A stretch of 64,000 bases of DNA from assembly GCA_046583315.1 (NCBI GenBank), contig JAYGCN010000343.1, forward strand, positions 26,285 to 90,284, in the 5' to 3' direction. Within the stretch, counting starts at the first letter, position 1. Every line of letters starts with the position of its first letter. Positions 58,539 to 64,000 of the stretch are shown piece by piece. A program made the position numbers and the translations under genes. This DNA is from Candidatus Hydrogenedentota bacterium. GTDB lineage: Bacteria; Hydrogenedentota; Hydrogenedentia; Hydrogenedentales; GCA-2746185. The notes below the pieces were generated by a model. It did not search any database, was not told the origin of the DNA, and was given only the letters and a program-made list of their open reading frames with translations.

Positions 58539-60542
58539 TTAGTGAGCGACGGCGCCGATGCCGGGCTCGGGGTTCATGGATACGCCGGGCGGATAATCCC
58601 GTGCCGAGGTGAACTCTTTGATGGCCTGACAGTTGATCACCGTCGAAACGTTCTCATTCGCGGCGAGTTTGTAACTCGTGGCCAGTGCCGTCTTGAATTG
58701 TTCGGGTGTCGTCACATATTCACCATTGACGCCCAGACCTTCGGCGATTTTATCGTAGCGCAGATTTTCCTGGAAGATGTACATGTGCATGGAGCGCGGT
58801 GAACGCGCGGCTGCTGGCCACATACCCCAGGCATCGTTGTTGTAGATGATACAAATGATCGGGATTCCGTATTTATTCGCGGTATCCAGCTCGAACATAC
58901 TGTAAGCTGCACCCGCGTCACTGGTGATGCACAAAGCAGGCGCGCCTTTGTACGGAGCCTGGGGGCCGACCCCTTCTTTGACCGCCGCACTCGCACCGAT
59001 CATCATCGCAAGGTCAGGTCCGATAGCGGCATATTGGTAAGCAGGGACAATCGTCTGCGCAGGACGATTCGCGCGCAACCAGCGTCCGCCATAGAGGCCA
59101 GCCGTCCAACCGCCAGCACCGGACACCGTCTGCTTGGGGTCAATGTCACCGTGGTAGAAAAAGTCGTACGTGAGTTTACCCATAACCGCCGGGTGAATCG
59201 CACCGGAGTCTTTGGAGTACTTGACGCCGAGCGTGTATTGTTCATTGATTTCATCTTCGTAGGATTTACGGCCTGCGGTGATTTCTGCCACCCAGGAATC
59301 GCGTTTCTTTTTCGGGATGCCATCTGCCAGCATTTCCATGAAGACTTTCTCGTCGCTGACGATACCGAGGTCGATCGGCCAGTTTCGACCCATGTCTTCT
59401 TGTACGGGATGGATGCGAATGGTTTTGACGTCAGGATTGAATCGATACTCGCCTGGACTTGGCATGCAGTATTGGCCAACAAATACGACCAGATCCGCAC
59501 TCATCAGCGTGTCAGGTGCCAAGGTCGCAGAAAGACGATGGTCATCCGGGAAACAACCCCGTGTTGGACCCGAACCCACGACACAGATGTCGTTCTTCTC
59601 TGCGGCGACCAAGAGCTCATTCCAAGCCTTGCGTTGGAAGATACCCTGACCCGCCACAATTACCGGGCGCTCAGCTTTGTTGATCATGGTGATGGTCTGT
59701 TCCACTTCCTTCGGAGAAGGGAACGCCCGCGACTCGGTGCGATACTGTTCTTTGCCATAGTAATCGACCAGTTCGGAGGAGTCTGTAAACTGTGCGCGAG
59801 CGACTTCAGCGGGGAAATCGAGATGAACCGGACCCGGAATGCCGGATTTCAGATGACGAAAAGCGTAGGCACCATATTCGTGTACACGACTCGGGTCGAT
59901 GAGGCGTTTACCGTATTTCTTCATACCCGTCGTCGTGGGTTGCTGATAGCCGGTCTGGATGAACTGTTCGCGGTCATCGCCGGCGATGCGCATGTTGCTC
60001 GCCAAAACCAGAAGTGGCGTGCGCGCCGCGTTGGCAGCCGCAATATTCATGATCATGTTGGTGAATCCGGGGCCTTCCGTACCGGAGGTCGCGGTCACTT
60101 CACCAGTAGCGCGGGAAAATCCGTCTGCTGCGGCGCACATGGAGCCTTCACAACGTCCGCCGTATGCCGGGATGCCGACCGCTGCGAGCGCATTGATGAC
60201 CGTGTAATTACCGGGGCAGCAGAACATGGCTGCGAGGTTCTCATTCTTACACACCTGAGCGAAAACTTCTGCGCCGCTCATGCCGTTGCCGTCAAACGTG
60301 GAAACTTTCGGGTCTTCCGCAAGCGTGGTCAGCAGGTCATCGGGAATTCTGATGGATGGGATATCGGCTTCGGAAATGGTGGATGCCAACGTTTCCTTTG
60401 CCATGCCCGCGGTCGCTGCAGCAGCACCGGCACCTACGGCCGACGTTCGCAGAAAATCGCGACGGGAGAATCCATTGGTTTCTGGCGTTTCTTTGCTAGG
60501 CGCTTCGGTGGGTGCATCAGTCGTTTCGGTTTCTTCACTCAT
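58539..60542 (-). CDS. Thiamine-diphosphate-dependent enzyme (ALS/oxalyl-CoA decarboxylase/HACL superfamily) with Tat signal
   Basis: SRRDFLR+hydrophobic h-region; RCE...AADGFSRATG (catalytic Glu), GPGFTN, PGPVHLDFP, AERPVIVAG.G, SDAGAAY..FELDT..KY.IPI..IIYNN ThDP/Mg motif; AAGGGG RBS. Confidence 0.88.
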   Translation of the reverse strand: MSEETETTDAPTEAPSKETPETNGFSRRDFLRTSAVGAGAAAATAGMAKETLASTISEADIPSIRIPDDLLTTLAEDPKVSTFDGNGMSGAEVFAQVCKNENLAAMFCCPGNYTVINALAAVGIPAYGGRCEGSMCAAADGFSRATGEVTATSGTEGPGFTNMIMNIAAANAARTPLLVLASNMRIAGDDREQFIQTGYQQPTTTGMKKYGKRLIDPSRVHEYGAYAFRHLKSGIPGPVHLDFPAEVARAQFTDSSELVDYYGKEQYRTESRAFPSPKEVEQTITMINKAERPVIVAGQGIFQRKAWNELLVAAEKNDICVVGSGPTRGCFPDDHRLSATLAPDTLMSADLVVFVGQYCMPSPGEYRFNPDVKTIRIHPVQEDMGRNWPIDLGIVSDEKVFMEMLADGIPKKKRDSWVAEITAGRKSYEDEINEQYTLGVKYSKDSGAIHPAVMGKLTYDFFYHGDIDPKQTVSGAGGWTAGLYGGRWLRANRPAQTIVPAYQYAAIGPDLAMMIGASAAVKEGVGPQAPYKGAPALCITSDAGAAYSMFELDTANKYGIPIICIIYNNDAWGMWPAAARSPRSMHMYIFQENLRYDKIAEGLGVNGEYVTTPEQFKTALATSYKLAANENVSTVINCQAIKEFTSARDYPPGVSMNPEPGIGAVAH

Positions 60543-61033
60543 TGCTGTCCCCTTCTGCCGTGGAGCCTGCTCCATCAGCGTCCGTTTCTTTGGGATTTTC
60601 TTCGACCAACTCCGGGCGTTGATCTTTCGGCCACAAGCTGCGTATAAAATTCACAAGATGCCACAGGTCGTCATCTTTTTTTATCTTCGCTTTGTAGGGA
60701 GGCATCGCGATTCCGGCACCATCACGAATACTCCGGTAAATCTCACCCTCGGTCGAACCGCTGTACCAACGTTTCGTGTTCGTCAGGTCCGTCGCGTCGG
60801 CGATGATGTCAATTTGGGCCTTGCCAGCCGGGCCATGGCATGCGGCACACTCGCGCACGAACCAGAGCCGACCGCGCTTGATGGATTCTTTGGTGTAGGG
60901 CATAGGACTCTTCAGCGTCTTGAAGTCTAGCGCTTTGGCGTCTTCCCCTGCTGGTGCCTTTTCGTCCGCATTAGATAACGCAGCTTGTTAAAACGAGGAC
61001 GAGTATCAGCCCTTTTTCAATACTCAGATACAT
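60535..61033 (-). CDS. Monoheme c-type cytochrome; signal peptide interrupted by a 1-nt frameshift (~60985) as sequenced
   Basis: CAACHG heme motif, distal AMP; ORF 60535..60903 extends open to 60987 without a start; GAGGT RBS + ATG 61033 give MYLSIEKGLILVLVLT in an adjacent frame. Confidence 0.8.
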
Positions 61034-61214
61034 TTGAACCTCTAACTGGTTACGCGTCCACTGACAGGTACTTCACAAAACGGCTATTCAATGTCATTTA
61101 TAACACTGAATTCGGGCGAATGGCCTTCAAAACAAGCTTCTACGGTAGCATATCGTCGCCGATTCATCAAAAGCATAACTCAACCGCCAAGTTCTGTAGA
61201 AAATGCCTGCAATT

Positions 61215-61238
61215 ATTAGATTATAGGTATAATCTAAT
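61215..61238. promoter_or_regulatory. Perfect palindromic operator overlapping a TATAAT -10 box (probable TetR site)
   Basis: ATTAGATTATA-GG-TATAATCTAAT, 43 nt upstream of ATG 61282. Confidence 0.7.
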
Positions 61239-61281
61239 TGTATATCGAGGTGAATTCATACCTATAAGAGGGAGACATCCA

Positions 61282-63570
61282 ATGGCAACCAGCGGCGTAT
61301 GGAAACAAACGGCCTGCATACTGTGCGGTCAGAACTGCGGACTCGAAGTGCTCGTAGAAGGCAGGGAAATCAAGAAGGTCAAGGGCGATAAGTCGCATCC
61401 TATCTCACAAGGCTATGCCTGCCAAAAAGCTCAGCAGATTAACTACTACCAAAATGACAAACACCGTCTGAATTCCCCGCTGCGCAAAAAGGAGGACGGT
61501 ACCTTTGAGGAGATCTCATGGGACACGGCCATTCAAGAGATTGCAGATAAATTCGTCGGGATACGCGACGAACATAACGGCACGTCGATAGCGTACTTCG
61601 GTGGCGGTGGACAGGGCAATCACTTAAACGGCGCCTACAGTGGATCGTTTCGTGCCGCGCTCGGCACTCCCTATCTCTATACCTCCCTCGCGCAGGAAAA
61701 GACCGGCGGGTTCTGGGTGGACGGCAAAATGTTTGGTAGGCAGAATGTGCATCCGGTAGAAGACACCCATAAAGCGGACTTCCTGTTGCTCATTGGTACC
61801 AACCCCTGGCAATCGCATGGCATTCAACAGGCGCGCACGTTACTCCAGGCCTTCGCCAAAGATCCTGATCGCACGCTCGTGGTCGTTGATCCCGTTCGCA
61901 CCGAGAGCGCCGACCGTGCCGATGTTCATTTACAAGTCAAACCCGGCGGCGATGCGCACATGATGCTCGCAATGCTCGGCACGATAGTTCAAGAAGGGTT
62001 GCAAAATCAGAAATTCATCGACGAATACACAACCGATTTTGACAAGATTGAGAAGCTCGCGCGCAATATCGATGTCGATGCGTATTGCACCGAAGCCGGA
62101 CTCGATCCCGAGACGGTAAAACAGGTTGCGCGACAGTATGCGACAACCAAGAAGGCGTGTATGCGTACGGACCTCGGACTCGAACATTCACTGCACAGCA
62201 CGTTGAACAATTATCTGGTGCGTCTCCTCTATATCGTAACTGGCCACTTGGGTGTGGAAGGCGGACAAGTTTTCCATACTTCACTGTTACCGCTTATCGG
62301 CCACTCGAAAGATCCGGAAGACGGCGGCATGACCACCAAAGTCACAGGCGTACGCGAAATCGGTAAGTTGTATCCACCAAACGCTTTACCATTGGAGATC
62401 GACAACGACCATCCCGATCGAATCCGGGCCGTATTTGTGGACAGCGGCAATCCCGTGTTGACCGGTGCGGACTCGCGCGCGTATTACGCGGCCTTTAAGA
62501 AATTGGAGTTGCTCGTCGTCGTGGACGTTGCCATGACCGAGACGGCGCGCCTCGCCGACTACGTGCTGCCGGCAAGTTCACAATACGAGAAGGCCGAGGC
62601 GACCTTCTTCAATTTCGAGTTCCCGGAAAACTTTTTCCATTTACGCAAGCCGCTCTTCGAGCCGCTTGAAGGCACCTTAGCCGAAGCGGAAATCTACCGA
62701 CGTCTGGTTACCGCGATGACCGATTTGCCCGACGACGTGGAAGACCTTGAAACGGCCGCCAAGGAAGACCGTGCTAATCCCGGCAGCTATACCTTTGCAA
62801 CGGCGTTGCAGAAAGCGAGCCAAGATAATCCCGAGCTGCAAGCCTATGCGCCGCTTGTGTTGTTGAACTCCATGGGCAAGGCCTTACCCAAAGGCATGGA
62901 GCCTGCCGCAATACTCTGGTATTCAACTCAGATGTCTGCTGTGAAGTACGCGACGGAACTGGCAAGCGCGGGCATCGAAGACGAGGGCGCCGGGGTGGCC
63001 GATGCATTATTTAATCGAATCTTGGATACGGATACCGCGGTCATCGTGAGCAAAGGTAAATACGAAGATCTGATGACCAACCTGAAGCACAAGGATGGAA
63101 AGATTCACCTGCATATTCAGGAAATGTTCGATGAGATAGAGGCGTTGGATGACGTGCCGGACGATGCTGAATTTCCATTTGTGTTGCAGGCCGGCGAACG
63201 ACGCTCGTACAACGCGAATCAGATTATCCGGAGCGGTGATTGGCGCAAAAAAGATCCTGACGGCTCGCTGCGCATGAATCCGCTTGATGCAAAATCCCTC
63301 GGCGTAGAAACCGGCGATGAGGTTGAAGTGGAATCGGCTCGCGCGAAAATCTCGGTCGTCGTCGAAGTATCGGACATGTATCGACCCGGGTTCGTTTCGC
63401 TTCCTCATGGCTATGGCATGCTCGAGAAGCAGGGCGATTCCTGGGACGACGTGCAACAGATGGGACCGAGCATCAATGAGCTTTCCGAAGCCGACCACTG
63501 TGACGACATCGCCAGAACGCCATTTCATAAATTCATTCCCGTTCGCGTTAATGCGTTGGTAAAGGCATAG
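61282..63570 (+). CDS. Molybdopterin (bis-MGD) oxidoreductase, cytoplasmic, N-terminal 4Fe-4S
   Basis: CILCGQNCG...GYAC.K, RL.SPL, ISWD.A, IGTNPW.SHG, VVVDP.RTE, TARLADYVLP, C-terminal MNP.DA..LG...GD.V...G.V.LPHGYG; GGAG RBS. Confidence 0.92.
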   Translation: MATSGVWKQTACILCGQNCGLEVLVEGREIKKVKGDKSHPISQGYACQKAQQINYYQNDKHRLNSPLRKKEDGTFEEISWDTAIQEIADKFVGIRDEHNGTSIAYFGGGGQGNHLNGAYSGSFRAALGTPYLYTSLAQEKTGGFWVDGKMFGRQNVHPVEDTHKADFLLLIGTNPWQSHGIQQARTLLQAFAKDPDRTLVVVDPVRTESADRADVHLQVKPGGDAHMMLAMLGTIVQEGLQNQKFIDEYTTDFDKIEKLARNIDVDAYCTEAGLDPETVKQVARQYATTKKACMRTDLGLEHSLHSTLNNYLVRLLYIVTGHLGVEGGQVFHTSLLPLIGHSKDPEDGGMTTKVTGVREIGKLYPPNALPLEIDNDHPDRIRAVFVDSGNPVLTGADSRAYYAAFKKLELLVVVDVAMTETARLADYVLPASSQYEKAEATFFNFEFPENFFHLRKPLFEPLEGTLAEAEIYRRLVTAMTDLPDDVEDLETAAKEDRANPGSYTFATALQKASQDNPELQAYAPLVLLNSMGKALPKGMEPAAILWYSTQMSAVKYATELASAGIEDEGAGVADALFNRILDTDTAVIVSKGKYEDLMTNLKHKDGKIHLHIQEMFDEIEALDDVPDDAEFPFVLQAGERRSYNANQIIRSGDWRKKDPDGSLRMNPLDAKSLGVETGDEVEVESARAKISVVVEVSDMYRPGFVSLPHGYGMLEKQGDSWDDVQQMGPSINELSEADHCDDIARTPFHKFIPVRVNALVKA

Positions 63571-63573
63571 ATT

Positions 63574-64000
63574 ATGGCCCGATATAAACCTGGTACGAAG
63601 GAAGAGACACACAAACGGATCGTGGATGAGGCGTCCCGGCAGTTTCGTGCGAAAGGCATCGAGGCGACCAGTATTGCCGATGTCATGGGTGCGCTGGATT
63701 TGACGGTCGGTGGTTTTTATAAACATTTTTCCTCCAAGGCGGCGTTGCTGAATGAAGCCATGGGCGGTGCGTTGGCCCAGTCGGCGCGACGGTTGAGTCG
63801 CGCGACACCTGCGGAAGGTGAAACAGACCGGCGGGCTGCATTGGCGCGCATGTACCTCACCCAAGAACACCGCATGAATATTGCATCGGGCTGTCCCATT
63901 GCGGCCTTGGGCAATGATATCTCTCGTGCCGATGACGCGACACGGAAGGGGTTTGAAGAGCAATTGCTGGCCTACATGGATACGGTGGCAGACGGTGATT
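63574..64000 (+). CDS. TetR/AcrR family transcriptional regulator (3'-truncated by window edge)
   Basis: MARYKPGTKEETHKRIVDEASRQFRAKGIEATSIADVMGALDLTVGGFYKHFSSK... then GCPIAAL; open to window end. Confidence 0.9.
   Translation, partial: MARYKPGTKEETHKRIVDEASRQFRAKGIEATSIADVMGALDLTVGGFYKHFSSKAALLNEAMGGALAQSARRLSRATPAEGETDRRAALARMYLTQEHRMNIASGCPIAALGNDISRADDATRKGFEEQLLAYMDTVADGD

Noticed and set aside
59034..60647. 537-aa plus-strand ORF antisense to the ThDP enzyme
   Set aside because: No recognisable motifs; a typical antisense shadow caused by codon bias of the real minus-strand gene.
60985..61281. 99-aa N-terminal extension of the molybdoenzyme in the ORF track
   Set aside because: It overlaps the divergent promoter region, the operator and the cytochrome start. 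The RBS and Fe-S motif support ATG 61282.
63007..63963. 318-aa minus-strand ORF
   Set aside because: Antisense shadow of the molybdoenzyme and TetR genes, which have clear motifs.

Overview
This is a gene-dense, moderately GC-rich bacterial chromosomal segment with about 56 CDS. I found no rRNA, tRNA, CRISPR array, transposase or phage genes. The many secreted enzymes (sulfatase, PQQ-type propellers, Tat Gfo/Idh/MocA, HEAT/PA14, ceramidase-like, LRR+EF-hand) suggest a diderm heterotroph of the Hydrogenedentota/PVC type; this is inference only. Housekeeping genes include purE, fumC, galK, coaD, larB/larC, cysK and two Cys/Met PLP enzymes. The most unusual element is at 58.5-61.0 kb. There a thiamine-diphosphate enzyme of the ALS/oxalyl-CoA decarboxylase/HACL type carries a clear twin-arginine export signal and overlaps a monoheme c-type cytochrome gene, whose signal peptide is split by a 1-nt frameshift in this sequence. 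Together they are a candidate periplasmic ThDP/heme system. Other notable items are a styC-styA-like pair with a variant isomerase active site and no adjacent reductase, a larB-larC-coaD operon, an MshEN-HDOD fusion, an HTH-EIIA regulator next to a CBS-domain cation antiporter, a lipoprotein epoxide hydrolase, an orphan NqrM-like protein, an unlisted 46-aa secreted small ORF, a 16-bp tandem repeat upstream of the Cys/Met genes, and a perfect TetR-type operator. Start codons were refined by eye from RBS and signal-peptide context. Product calls come from motif recognition, not database searches.
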